Positions 1 through 13,153 of a stretch of 64,000 nucleotides of DNA are shown here, piece by piece. The notes beneath the pieces were generated by a model, which ran no database searches, was not told the origin of the DNA, and saw only the letters and a program-made list of their open reading frames with translations. Each line of letters starts with the position of its first letter. Within the stretch, counting starts at the first letter, position 1. This DNA is from Hamiltosporidium tvaerminnensis FI-OER-3-3. Lineage: Eukaryota > Fungi > Microsporidia. The stretch lies in NCBI GenBank assembly GCA_022605425.2, contig JAKIMF020000005.1:1240001-1304000 (forward strand). The letters run 5' to 3'. The translations under genes were made by a program, and so were the position numbers.

Positions 1-1527
1 TTTTTTAGTCCTTCATTTCGCGTAATTTATGGCAAAACCCGCGTTTTATTCTTTTCTCACCCTTCACATATTCTAATATTTCTTTTCTATTTCGTTTTAA
101 TTTTTTAGTTTTAGAAAAAACAACAAATATCGACCTGGGATGCTAAAAACAACTGCATTACAATATATGATTTGTTTGTGATACATCTCGTTAATATTTT
201 TTTTCAAATTGGTTTATTAATCAAAAAAATATTCGCTTTTGGTATTTGTTTATTTACAAATCATCTTCATCATATTGTAAGGTGTTTATAAAGAATCAGA
301 ATTTTCATTGCAGAAAATCATAAATGCCATCATTACCGGTGCTTGGAGGCAAATAAGCTATTTATTTGTATTTATAAAGTAATGGTGAAAAGTTCGAAAA
401 TATTCGATGTGAGGTATCAGATACCGGTAAGTATGCCTTTTTGTTGTTGTTTTTTTTGCAGAGCTCACAACCCTAAATTCCTTCAAAAATAAACATATGC
501 TTGGATTTAAAACATTCAGATAAATAAAATATTTTTTACATAAAATACTTCAAAAATAATCTACACGTTTGATTTTTTTTTAGATTCATACACTTAATTA
601 TTTCCTTCAAACATTTAAAAATTTATTTTGCATAACTGAAGCCTCTGATGAATAGTTTTATGGGTTTAGTTTAAATGCTCGCATGAGCTTCGCGAAATTT
701 TATTTCAGAAGAGACAAGTTTTTATTAACAATTGCCTTCTCTAAGAAACCAATGAAAATAATTCCTTTACATTTTTGCTTTCATTGATTTTTTTTTTAAT
801 ATAGTATATCTTTATTAAAGAGTTATGCCGTTACAACAAACTTTTCTAAATAAACGAAAATTTTTGTACAAGTCTTCACAATTGTAAAGGTAGGCCTTCA
901 TATTCATGACCATGAAATTAATGTTTTCTAGAATAAAAACCTTCAACCGATAAGCTTTAGAATTTTTTTCTTTTGATCACAAATTCCTTCATTTCTATGC
1001 CGAGATATTTCTGATTCTTTAAAAATACTTATTTATCAGGTTTAACCCTTTGCACTCGTATATTGATGGCGCTTGTATTACACCGTACTCGTATTAATAT
1101 TTAGGTAAGTTACGTATCAACTCGGATTTTTTTTTTACATTCTATCAAAACAAAAATATTTTTATAGTAAAAACTTCATTAAAACATATAGATTCACTAA
1201 AAAAAGATATAATTATTTTTTTTATATTAGGCTATAGAGGTTGGCCGGGGAATGTAAGAGTCTGTACTGTTGTATTACAAAAACCTTTATTTTTAAGAAC
1301 TATAAAAAAATGAAAAAATTAATTTAGTTAATACAAAAATAATAAGAAACCGACATGTAAAAAAAAAGATAATGAATGTGAAATTTGTTTGAAAAAAAAT
1401 AATCTAGAAATATAGATATAAACATAAAATATTGTGTGTGGGTATAATCTTTATATAATAATGCCTATCCAAATTCATCTATTTAGTACTTAAAGCTAAA
1501 TAAACATGAGTAAGCTATTTCAAAAAA

Positions 1528-3348
1528 TCAAACATTATAGTTTATAATTCTTAATGTGTGGTACCGTTCAAAACGGTCACCTATGTGAATTCCTGGTTTG
1601 CGAGTGCATGTGCTGCAAATGTAACTGGTTTCATGCCTTCCACCTGGCACTTTACGATTGGAACACACCAAGCAGTCTTTTTCCCCTTCATTTTGACGCA
1701 TGATGTGTAATTTTCCGTTCAAAAGTTCTTCTTTGTCTGTTATAGACGGTCTTCCATGGGTCTTATAACCCTCTCTATAATTTTGAGTCAATCCGTCCAC
1801 AGTTTCCCTTATGAATTTGAGGTGATTTATAGGTCTTTTGTTTTGACGAGTTTTGACAATTTTATAAAGTAAATACGCGTTTACGCTAGATGCCTCCAAT
1901 CCCCAGAAAAATAATTTGCGCCACCACTTCAGGGATTTCCTAAGAAAGCAATAGGATTTTGCATAGGAACCAATCCGATCTACGCCTCCCATGTATTTAT
2001 TATAATTTACAATAATATGTGGTTTGTGTATGACTTGGATGATGCCACCTCGTACTCGAAGATTTACCGGTTCAGTTCCCGAAACATCCCAGCTGGATAG
2101 TGCGAGGACAATTCTTTTATCTTTCCATGCTGATAATAATATATTTCCTGACCGACACGCAAACGTATTATTTTCAGAAAATCTTGGTTTTTTTATGGAA
2201 TTAGGTAGAAACTTCCTGTTACTATGTATTGTGCCCGTAAAATGAATATTTAGATTCAACAGTTCCTGAGCAAGTGGCAAGCTTGTGTAATACCTGTCAG
2301 TAAAAATATGGTATCCCGTACTTCCAGGATTACTATCTAGTAATTTATTGCATAATTCTAGTACAATTCTAGTGCTTACTGGAAGATCGGGTCGTATCAA
2401 ATCTTCTGAGGTCAAGCTGCCATAATACGGAAAAATAGAATAAACATACCCAGTGTTTGCATTTGCCATGATATACATCCTTATTTCCCATTTGGTGGGT
2501 TTATTGGGATTGTATGTCAAGAAACTTATTTTTCCTTTGAATCCGACTACCGACTCGTCCACAGATATTTCTCGAGATGGAACAAAATGTTCCTTGAACC
2601 GCTCATCCAAGAAGTCTAAATAATCTCGCACTTTTTGAGTTCGGGCTCGAAGGCTTTTGTCGTTTGGATTATTTTTATTTAAATGGAGCATCCAGAATAT
2701 TTGCAAAAACCTTTCTTTTCTTAAGATATTACCAAAGAAAGGTATTTTAGCATTAAAATTTTGGGTCCAATTTCTTGGATATTTGCAAGTGTTATTGTGC
2801 CCACATTCAACACAACTCCAAGGAAAGCCTGAAATTCTTCCACGGTAACATCGACCCACGAGTGCCACGTAGATCTTTTTGAGAGTCTTTTTTGGGTAAT
2901 TTTATTTCGTGCATACCTATTTGTCTCAGTTACTATTTTTTCAATAAGTTCATCGGTGAAGAAAATTTTAAAAAAATCCAGAGGTTTAGTGCAGTCAACT
3001 GGGATTGTGGCCCTTCATTTCTAAGACACAGAAATAAAATCGAACCTCTTTAGTGGATTATCTTAGATGGTAAAATCCTTCCATGACCGATTGTCTCTGG
3101 TTTCGCTTACATCCTCTTTAACTGCTTGAAGTTGATGGCAATGGTATTGTTCTACTTCTTTTATTCATTATGATATCACTATCACTACTAAAGTCATTAT
3201 CATTTTCTTCGTTTTCATTATCACCCACAAAGTTAGTGAAACTGTTTTTATCGCATTCTTCTTTATCATCAAATGAGTCCATAAAAAACTCATCATCGCT
3301 ACTGTTTATCTCATTCACAATCTCACAACATGAATCTTTTTTCGACAT
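1528..3348 (-). pseudogene. piggyBac (PGBD4-like) transposase, disrupted
   Basis: Acidic N-terminus in ORF 3118-3348. Core in ORF 1528-2868 with DDD motifs (SVDES, FTDRYYTS, YNKYMGGVD), KWWRKLFFW and a C-terminal Cys-rich domain (CLVC...CSTC...YH). The reading frame is broken between about 2870 and 3120. Confidence 0.9.
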
Positions 3349-3904
3349 TTTAACGGTATAAAATATTCCAAAGTTTAGTAAAAATTAACCTAGACTATGC
3401 CGATGTAGATAGATCGGAAGCACAGACAATACTGACTTAGCTAGGGCATGTTTAAAAAAATTACGGAAGAAGAAACAATCACTCTAAGCGGCTAGATTAG
3501 AAACAACAATGGGATAAGGTAAACCAAGACTATAAACTCAGTTTATATAAGTTATGATGAGTCGAACGAATTTTAGTTTTCAAAAATTAACTACTGCACA
3601 GAAAAGAAGCCGAGTCTCTTTGTTCACAAGCTAGGGAGAGACTAATCCTTTTTTATTGTCATCTTGGGGCCGTGCTCATTGTTAATTTTGACTCGAAATT
3701 TCTTTTACAAGAACAGAGAAGGGATTTTTTTCTGATGTGATTGGACTCTTGTTTGGTTTTACCTTCTATTTAATCCCTTTTCAGCTCTGGATTATATTTA
3801 TTTACTTAATTCCATATAAATATCTCCTCAGCAGACCAAAGAGCAAAAGATAAATGCATATTATATATTATTATTGCATTTCACCTTTATGGTAAAATGT
3901 ATTG

Positions 3905-4012
3905 TGTCGCTTATACGGCGACATATGAGCGCAACAGTAAAACATAGTGTGTCGCCTATACGGCGACATACAGTGCAACGCGAAAACATACTTTGTCGCC
4001 TATACGGCGACA
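3905..4012. repeat. Three 19-bp palindromic subterminal repeats (TGTCGCYTATACGGCGACA) of the piggyBac end
   Basis: Copies at 3905-3923, 3950-3968 and 3994-4012, spaced 45 and 44 bp. The last copy abuts the TIR. Confidence 0.9.
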
Positions 4013-4775
4013 TACGAGTGAAAAGGGTTAATAGATTCAGTTTTGACAAAGAGCATGACTTGACGAGACAATTGGTGAAAAAATACTAGTTCCTATATTC
4101 TTCTTGCTTATTATTTACCCGATATATTACACATTTATTTTTTAATCCATCGATATTTGAGATATATTTAAATTTCTCGTTAAAGTACTTCAAAATTTCA
4201 GACTATTCTTTTAGCGGCATTTTCTTAATTCTCTTCTGTGCAGATAAGGCACAAATCGAAACTTTACTGCTTCATAGCTGCAATAGAATCTGATTATGAG
4301 CACATATTGTCAGATAATTCTTTTCAGAATAGATGCAATTTGATAATAAGTCAGGAGATCAGCTAGTCTGCACACAAAGGCTTTGTGAAATGAAGACCTG
4401 ACTTTGGTTTACATAAACTAGAGTTGTTAGTTTATCAATTATTGCTTGGTAGAACTCGGTTACATTAGGGATTGTTGGTGCAAGCTCAAGAGTTTAATCT
4501 ATTATTTCTTCAGCTGCTCTAAAAAACATTCTTCTTTTTTGAAGTATGTTTCGAATAATCAATCAGCCTTTTTTTTGATTTTAAAATTCTATTTTCGAAT
4601 TTTCTCTTTCTACCTATTTCAGTATAGAATATTCAAAAAACCAAATGTTTTTTTTTTTAAATTTTAGGTTTACATCATTTTCGTGTCTTTTATTTTTTTT
4701 TTCAACATTTTTATTATTTTCCGTTCTTTTTTAATACACATACTAGATCGAAAATATCTGAGCCTATAATAATTT

Positions 4776-7310
4776 ATGTTTTCCGAAGTATCAATAATTC
4801 GACCTAATATCGTTTTCACGAAAAAAAGACAGGATGCAACACATATATTCTATATAAAAGGGAAAGTATTCGATATCTGCCGAAGAAATATTGCGATTGT
4901 GTCATTTATTATATTGTTTCTTGAAATAAATCATTGTCTTCGCATATCTATTGATTTTACAAATCGTTATTCTTCCGAAAGTGATCCAACAAATCAAGCC
5001 AATTCTTATTTATCATCAAATTCTGTTTCTAGAAAAAGGAACTTTGATGCGGAATCAGTAGATTCAATGCAAAACCAGTTTTCAAGTTCTTTAACCAAGA
5101 ATGGCATCGATGAATGCTTACAACAAGAGCAATATAATGTACATGTTAAAATCCCGAGAGTAGATGGAATCAATCAAATGTTTGATAACCCGGATTGTAA
5201 TTTAACAAATTAGATTCCCAATACTTTGTATGATATAATTTTTCAATTTTATCAAATAATATTGGAGAAACTGATTACTTGGAAGGTTCCAGTGATAATC
5301 GGAGTTTATCGATTCCAAATTCTGTAGTTTATGTGGAATTTGATTATTCAGATCTATTTTTGATTCGATCATGATATTTTGACAATCTAAACCAATGGGA
5401 GAACAAATAATTACATTTCAATATTAAAAATACAACGAAAAGTAATATTGATAGGAATACGTGTGATTTATGCATAAATATTTTTCTTCATGGTAAAGAT
5501 TTTGGGTTTCCGGGTTTAAAAAATGAAAATTTTTGATTTTATTTGGTTTCTTAATGATCTTTCTTGTTAATCAGAATCTGATGACTTCAAAACATTGTAT
5601 AAAAATTTACTTCCATTTTTATTTTTGTACATGGCAAATGAGCCTCTATTCGATGTGGATAATCCGGAATATGTCTTTTTTTTGCGCCATATCAGACATT
5701 TTTTACCCTTCTTAGCCGTACTTATGATTCAATTGATGTGTTTTTTAACCAAGGTAGCAAGGAATTGATATTTACAGTAAAATCAGAAAATAAAATAAAT
5801 GTTATTTTGGAATCAAATATTTTTGTGGAAATAATAATTCGAACTACACCCAATGCTCATATCTACATGCAAGAAAATAATTCCAAAGAGAAGGAAAAGT
5901 TATTACGTTGTTTTCTTTTTTCATATAAAATAAATGGAATTCGAATTTCCGCTGATGATTATTATTACACCGATTGTAAGGTTTTGGGATATAAATTTAA
6001 TATTTCCAATGCGCGATCATGTATATCCACCATTCAAACAACGAATTGTTCAATTTTTAATATTCTAAATGCAGAGAAAAAAGATGAGATTAAATATATA
6101 GAATTTGAAAGATTAACACTATCAAAAGAATATATCGAATGCTTAGAAAAAAATTTATGTTTAGAATCACTAACTTTGGTAAAATGTGTGTATAGTGATG
6201 GCTTCGGATTTCTCGATCATCTATTGGAAAAATTTTCAGAATTAAAAATTCTAGGAATCATTGGATTCAATTTAAGTAATCGATTTTTAAATAATATAAA
6301 TTTATTAATGTTAGAATCTTTGGATCTTTCGCAGTGTAAATACTGTGAAAATATAGATAATTGCAAAATGCAAGGAATGAAAAAAATTGAAGAATTTAGA
6401 ATGGACAATTCTTGCATAAACCACAAAGTTATAATATCTATAATTGAAAGTAGCACCTTAAAAATTTTAAGTTTGAAAGGTGCAAATGTTGCTAGACTAA
6501 GATTTTCTATGTGTTTCATACAACGTGAAAAAATAAACCAGATTTTAGATCTTTCGGCGTGCTCTTTGAAAAGTTTTTTTTGAGTTCATTATCTATGAAT
6601 TTAAAGGCCGTGACTCTGGTTTTAAATAATATTTTTCCCTTGTTGCATCTTATTGAATTCTTGAATCGTGACTCTTTATATATAAGTACAAAAAAATTGA
6701 GTCTTTTAGGGAACCCTTTGTCTTTGGGTCTATTTGCTGTCCCGAATAAATTTAAAGATCTTGAATATTTGAATATTTCGAGTTATAAAGAAAATTCATT
6801 CAGTACATTATATTTCTATTTTATATTTTAAAAAATTTGGTGGAATTTGATTTATCTCAAAATACATTTAATAAAGACATTTTATCACAACTAAGTGTTT
6901 TTGAAAAATTAGAAAGTTTTGATTTATCAAATTGTTGTAACCTTACAGGCGGTTTTTTGGGGACTTTGAGCAATAAAGCGCTTTGTAAATCACTTAAAAC
7001 ATTGAACATCACCGGTAACAAACTCATTTTCTCAGATATTTTGAACATAGGATTATTCCAAAATCTTGTCTATCTTATTTTTTCCTTTGATAATAAAATG
7101 TTTTATGAAATTTCAAAGTCATATCAATTTTACAAGGTTTCGGATTTAGAAACACTAGTTCTTACCTTCACGAACGTTAATACTGATATATTTCGTTTTA
7201 TTGCAACATTATTTCCTTCAATAAAAAATATTAAATTTCAACAATGTAATATTGAGGAAGATACTTTGAGAAGTATAAAAATGAAAGGAATTAATTTTGA
7301 AATATATTGA
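4776..7310 (+). pseudogene. Leucine-rich-repeat protein (microsporidian multigene LRR family), frameshifted
   Basis: Consecutive + ORFs 4776-5213, 5738-6583, 6559-6831 and 6837-7310 with LRR motifs LESLDLSQC, LKILSLKG, LDLSAC, LEYLNIS, FDLSQN, FDLSNC and LKTLNITGN. Confidence 0.75.
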
Positions 7311-7629
7311 AGATTAGTAAATTTTATAATTCTTTATATTTTTATTATTATTTAAATTATCTTGAAAAATGGTAAACTTTATAATTCTTTATACTTTTAT
7401 TATTTATTTACATTCTACGTTAAAACTTTTTTTCACAATTTTATGGATTTTCTTCTACCTCTTACGAAATCTTTAATTCTTCCAAATCCGACTCTTTATT
7501 TACAGTACTACTCATCTTTTATCTATAATATAGGGTTTGCTATTTTTACAAGGTTAATACAATTTTTCCCTATACTAACTTGTCTAATACGTGTATTGTA
7601 TCATCATGCTTTTTTGCTTTTTTATAACA

Positions 7630-8790
7630 CTCATTGACATTTTTTTCCCAGCTCTATTCATCATTTGATCACGACTCGGGTCCTCTTTTTCGATCAAAAT
7701 AAACTATTTTGCCTTGCTTCTTAAATGCCATCAATTAACTATATGCTTCCATAATCATAGATATTTGCGATATTTTGAGGTATTACTGATGATATTTTGT
7801 CACAATACCATCTTGGATTATCAAATAAGGGATTATTTGAATACTTTACCTATAAATAAAACACAAATCGTTTGCTAATAGGTCATCTTTACAATTTTTT
7901 CAATTATAACTATCTGAAATAGATCTCGAGGTGCAATTATCACTTCAATAAATGTTCTTCTTTTTAATATTATTCAAATTATATATTTCGGGTCAATTAT
8001 TCAGAGGTTTTGCATCAGTTTTTATCACAGCGTCTACTCGTATTTCCATATGTTTGTTTTCGAAAGTTTCTTGGACTGAGTGACTCTTAATTCGTTTTGT
8101 TGATTTGAATTAATATCAATTTAAAAGGAGTAAGTGTAGGCATCTACCCTCTCTCTTTGCCGTCTATTATAGTAATGCCCGACTAGATTCTTGCATCGAG
8201 CTGCTGAATGCCTAGTGTTTTAACACATTTATTGTGGTTTGGAATCATATCTATTTCTCCGAGAATACATTCTCGATAAGGGTTATATTAAAACAGATTT
8301 TCCTCTCTTGGATGCATGTTCATTTCTTTAGAAACCTAGAAAGTCACCTACACACAAAAGCTCATTTATTCTTCTATTATATAACCTTGAATGATATTTA
8401 TGCTTTTATATTTCGGTATATAATTTTGCAAGTTAAGCTACTTCTAAATTATATTGATTTGACTTTTCTTCTAACCTATATTTTAGTTTCAAGAAGCATT
8501 TTATTAGTGCAAGATGGCTTTTCTTAGTATTCATCCCGTTAGAATTACCGCTAATCGAGTTGGTATTTCCTTACCATTTTCTAGACAATCTAAGAGTTAC
8601 AGAAGCATGTCTTAGTTTCGTAACTCAAGATTATTTAGGCTTCTTCGAAGTTCTTTTATAGGCTGCGGTTTAAAAATGTCATAAAAATTAATATTTCTTG
8701 TCCTATTTTATATTTACTACCCTACAATTGAATTTTATCCTGGTTAAAAATAAAATCCAGCAGATCTTAATATCACATCTGCTAAATCAG
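7630..8790 (-). mobile_element. Old, heavily decayed fragment of the RLE non-LTR retrotransposon (thumb/CCHC/endonuclease region)
   Basis: Co-linear nucleotide similarity to 9400-10550 (e.g. actgagtgactc..aattcgtttt, aggagtaagtgtaggcatcta, ttttattagtgcaagatgg). No intact ORF; boundaries approximate. Confidence 0.8.
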
Positions 8791-9144
8791 ATGGCGCCTT
8801 AAAAATATTCGTATTTATGCTTTTTTGGCGGGAAAATATTGATTTTTTGATAGATTAAAGAATTTTAATAAAATAAGACAGTTTTAAACGCAAAAAAATT
8901 TAAACAAATCTTGAAACCAATTTAAAAAATAAAAAAAGGAAATTAAAAAGAAGTTATAAAAAAATTAAAAAAAAAAGAATTCACAAAATATCAGAAAAAT
9001 CAAATTAAGAAAAATTCCAAAAAGTGAAAGAATTTTAAGTTCTAATGCATTTTTCATTTATTCCATTTTTATATAATTATCTTCTACTGGTTTTTTTTTT
9101 TCAAATTTTCCTTTAAATATGACAAACCTTTGTAACTTAATCTA

Positions 9145-12100
9145 TTTTTATTTAATAAAATTCTGGGTTAAGATATTTTTAACATTTTTATATGTTTTCT
9201 TCTACCTCTTTAACCACTATTGTCTCTTCTTCCAGATCCGACTCTTCATTTATGTTATTGGTCGGTTCCTCTAAAGTGGTTCCTCCTTGTAAAATAAAGG
9301 GTGCTTTATATTTTGGTTTAAAATTTTTTTCACCATCTTCCTCTGTTTTCGATTCTTTTAAAGGGGGTATTGGTTCCTCATGCATCTCTGATCTCATAAT
9401 AACACCCATTGACGCTCTCTCCCAGCTCTCTTCGGCATTTAGTCCTGACTCAAGTCCTCTTCATCGATCAAAGGAAATTGTTTGGACTGTCTTCTTAAGT
9501 ACTATAGAATGAATGTATGCCTCTACATTCATGGGTATTTCTAGTCTTTTAAGATGAGATTTGTGGTATTTTGTCACAATACCGTCCCAGGTCATCACAT
9601 AAGGGATTATCTCAACACTACACTTATAAATAAGGCCCAACTCATTGGCTAGCAGGTCATATTTTCTAAGTTTTTCAGTTTCAACTATTTGAAGTGAATC
9701 TTGGGAAGTGATTCCTACTTCAATGAGTGTTATCTTATTCTTCTTCTTATCTAAAATAAATATGTCCGGTCTGTTATTCCGAATTTTATCATCAGTTTTA
9801 ATTCTAGTTTCCACTCTTATCTCTGCATACTCATTATCAAGAATTTCTTGAACTGAGTGACTCCTAATTCGTTTTGAGGACTTAAACTTATATCTATTTA
9901 AGAGGAGTAAGTGTAGGCATCTAACCACTTCATTATGCCGTCTGGTATAGTCATGGCTAGCATTTTTTCACATCTAGTTGCTAGATGATCCACAGTCTTA
10001 CCAGACTTCCCGCAATGTTGACACACACCATCTGCTCCCCAGAATACATTTCTATCCTGGATATAGCAGAACACAGCTTCATTTCGTGGCCTAATATTTC
10101 CTCTCTTTAGCCATCTAGAAGAGTCACTAACACTCACAAGCTCATTTTTCCTTGCATTATATAACTTTGAATGGAGTTTTCGTTTTTCTATTTCGTTATA
10201 TAGTTTTGCAAGTTGAGCTTCTTCTAAACTTTTCTTAGTGACTTCATCTACCAACCTGTACTTTACTTTTAAGAAGCCTTTTATTAGTGCAAGATGGGTT
10301 TTATTATTATTCTCCACCTTGAGGATTGCTGCTCGTCTAGTTGATATTTCTTTACTTTTTTCCAGACAATCCAAGAGTTGCAGAAGCATATGTTCGCTTC
10401 GCAACTCAACACTATGTAGGCCTCTTCCAAGTTCTGTTCTAGGAAGATACAACCGCTCTTTACATCCTGGGCGGAGATGTATCTTATTTTTAACCAACAC
10501 CGCACGCACTGCATCATCTAACTTAGAGAAGTCAGCCGGTTCAAGTCGAAGTACTCCTATGTGGTAGTTGATTAACGATATCGCATGTTGATTGATTGCA
10601 GAAAATAAATTTTTTGCATTTAATCTAGTGTGACAAAGTCTTTCAACTCTTGATATAAGTTTGCTCTGTACTTCTTCAAATGAGCTACGTGTTGGGATTC
10701 CTCTGCTATCTTCTATTATTCCTAAATATTTGTAAACACTAACACCTTCTAAAAGAGTAGCAGTATCTTCACAACACGTATCATTTGTGGCTGACTTCTC
10801 TTTGTTAATCTCTAACCCAATCACCTCTAAAAAATTCCTTTGCCTCGCCTGTCATAGCACTCAATGTGGAGCTTTCTTTTGCAGGGAGCTTAAGATCATC
10901 AACAAACAAGAGATGATTAGTAGAATGGGATTCTGCATCTGTTTGTACTGTCACTTTTGTGTATTTTTCATTAAGCTTTCGGCTTAATGGATCCATACAC
11001 AACACAAACAACAATGGGGACAAACTATCTCCCTGTAGAATCCCCTTATCAGTCTTCTTGTTCATAATTTTTTCAGGCCCTACTGATATATCAATTTTCC
11101 ATTTTGATATAATTACCTTAATAAATTTCAGGATCCAATCAGGTAAATTAAGGTTTTCAATGCATTGAGTTAAATAAGCATGATCTATTGAATCATAAGC
11201 TTTTTTAACGTCAATCAATGTTGCCATAAGATTGTTTCCGTACTCTTTATTTAAGGCAATATTCAGTAGAGCCTGCTCTTTCGATCCCTGCACCCCTCTT
11301 ACCGCCCCTAATTGGTTCTCTGCAAGCAACCCTCGCCTTTCCACTTCAATTTGAAAGACTTTCGTCACACACTTTGTCGTTAACTTATAGAGGTTGGACA
11401 TACAAGTGATTGGCCTGTAGTCAGAGCCTCTTCGTGGAATTCCTTTGGGTATCAAATACGTAAGCCCGCTGTAAAACCAATCAGCTTGAGGTGTTCCTTC
11501 TAAACATATAACTTTCACAATATCATAAATATATTTGTGAAGAGTTGTAAGTTTCTTAATAAAAAAATTGTAAATACCATCAATTCCAGCAGCTTTCCAA
11601 TTAGGAAGCCAATTAATGATATTTACAAATTCATCAAGTGATGGAAACGTGGTCGGATGATTATCTGATACAAATTGAATCAAATAATCATCATAAGTGA
11701 CTGTGTCATCATTTTTGTTCCACATTGTAGACCAAAAACTCACAATTTCATCACGACTAACCACATGCTCGGATTCCACACGCTCAGATAACTCACGATA
11801 AAATCGACCTCGGAAAAGCTCAAACATACGATTCTCTTTTCGGAATTGCTTCCTACTTTCATGCATCGTAATTTTTTTCTCGTACACATTCAAAGACTCA
11901 TTCTTCTTAACTAAAGCCTCAGAAAGATCAGTTACACTGCTCAAGTTTAAATTAAACTCTTGCATGATTTTCTTAAGGCTCTTCGTTTCCGAGGTGGAGA
12001 GCTTTTCCTGCTTACGAGCCTTCTCGAGAAGATCTTTGGAAAGTACTAACTTAGAAATTTTACTTTCTATGTTTTCCTATCAAGCGGATCTAGGCTTCTC

Positions 12101-12952
12101 TATGCGCGTTGCCTCGTCATAGCATATCTGCGCAGCTTGCATGATATACGCGGCTTCCGTAATTGACTCAGGTACATGAGCTCCTGCATATTCACCGACT
12201 ACTCGATTAATGAGATCCAGAACTTTACTATCAACCAATTCATTTGAATGTTTTCTAGTTCGGACCACCACTTTTCCAATTTCCTTCATCGAGATTTCTT
12301 TGATTTCACTCAAGAATTTATCTCTCGGGTTTATGTACTCTGTGGTGTCGGTCAAGGGGCATGTATCAGCGAGACAAGTGGCGATTCTACGTCGCTCTCC
12401 ATTCTCTTCTGATTTTACTTCCTTTCCCATCTCACTTTGTGCCAATTTTTTTAACACCTCGAGAGTTTCAGTGCAGCCGAATTTCTCATTATAGTACCTG
12501 TGAAGCTCTGTCCAGCCATTTCTTGGCATTCTTTCAAATCTTGTCTGTACTGCAAAAAAAACAATTCGAAGCCATTCCTTCGGGTCGGCTGTTACGGAAT
12601 CGAATATCGTCCGCAATGCCATTAGCCTGTTACCTTCCGGAATAGCTAGAGTACAGGGGCTTGTCATGTCGTACGATGGCTCGCACGCAGAGACTTCAAC
12701 CGAAGAGGGAACTGGTGTATTAGGCGAAGGTAAGGTGTAAAGCCCACTATTTTGCATTTTACTGCATGTTTGGCTTGGTGGTGGAGGTGTTATTGTTGTG
12801 TAGGAGGAGGAAGGTAGGGTAATCGCCGGTGGGTGTAGCTTACATTTTTGTACCTCACTATCACTCTTTTTCACCTCATCAGCGTCGTTTGCAGCCTTTA
12901 TTTTGGTATTATTCGATATTTCGCTGCTAACATTTTTCTTTCTACCCATTAC
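9145..12952 (-). mobile_element. Non-LTR retrotransposon with restriction-like endonuclease (R4/Dong/NeSL-like), near full length, 13-bp TSD
   Basis: TSD GTAACTTAATCTA at 9132-9144 and 12953-12965. The 3' end ...AACCCAGAATTTTATTAAATAA is shared with the copies at 37962 and 62860. Confidence 0.92.
9188..12949 (-). pseudogene. Single RT + CCHC + PD-(D/E)xK endonuclease polyprotein, interrupted
   Basis: True start is probably ATG GGT AGA AAG at 12949. RT motifs WKAAGIDGI, YRPITC, IDVKKAYDSI, GILQGDSLSPLLF, HLLFVDD, YKYLG. Zinc knuckle CQHC..DHLATRC. RLE motifs RPDI..LIEV..KLRKY. In-frame stops near 12080 and 9461; frameshifts near 10820 and 9960. Confidence 0.9.
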
Positions 12953-13153
12953 GTAACTTAATCTAAAAATATAAAAATTTGAAAAATAACTGAAATAGGA
13001 CCCCAAGTTACTAAAATAACTTTAAATTAATCGGTTTTACAAAAAGTGTTTTTTTCAGTTTTTATTTACATGTTTTTATCACATTTTATGCAATTTAACA
13101 AGGAAATGCAATGAAGAAAAAGAGGGGGGTAAAATAGATATCAACGAAAAATC

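Larger units (their letters stand above)
1046..4027 (-). mobile_element. piggyBac DNA transposon, full length with TIRs and TTAA target-site duplication
   Basis: TTAA at 1042-1045 and 4028-4031. Left TIR CCCTTTGCACTCGTAT vs reverse complement of right end CCCTTTTCACTCGTAT (15/16). Encloses a piggyBac transposase. Confidence 0.95.

Noticed and set aside
3861-4089. Palindromic direct repeats resembling a CRISPR array, with ORFs on both strands
   Set aside because: Only three units, inside a piggyBac terminus, eukaryotic context and no cas genes. The ORFs are by-products of the repeats.
12950-13006. N-terminal extension of LINE ORF 12080-13006
   Set aside because: It starts at a non-ATG codon and crosses the TSD into flanking DNA.
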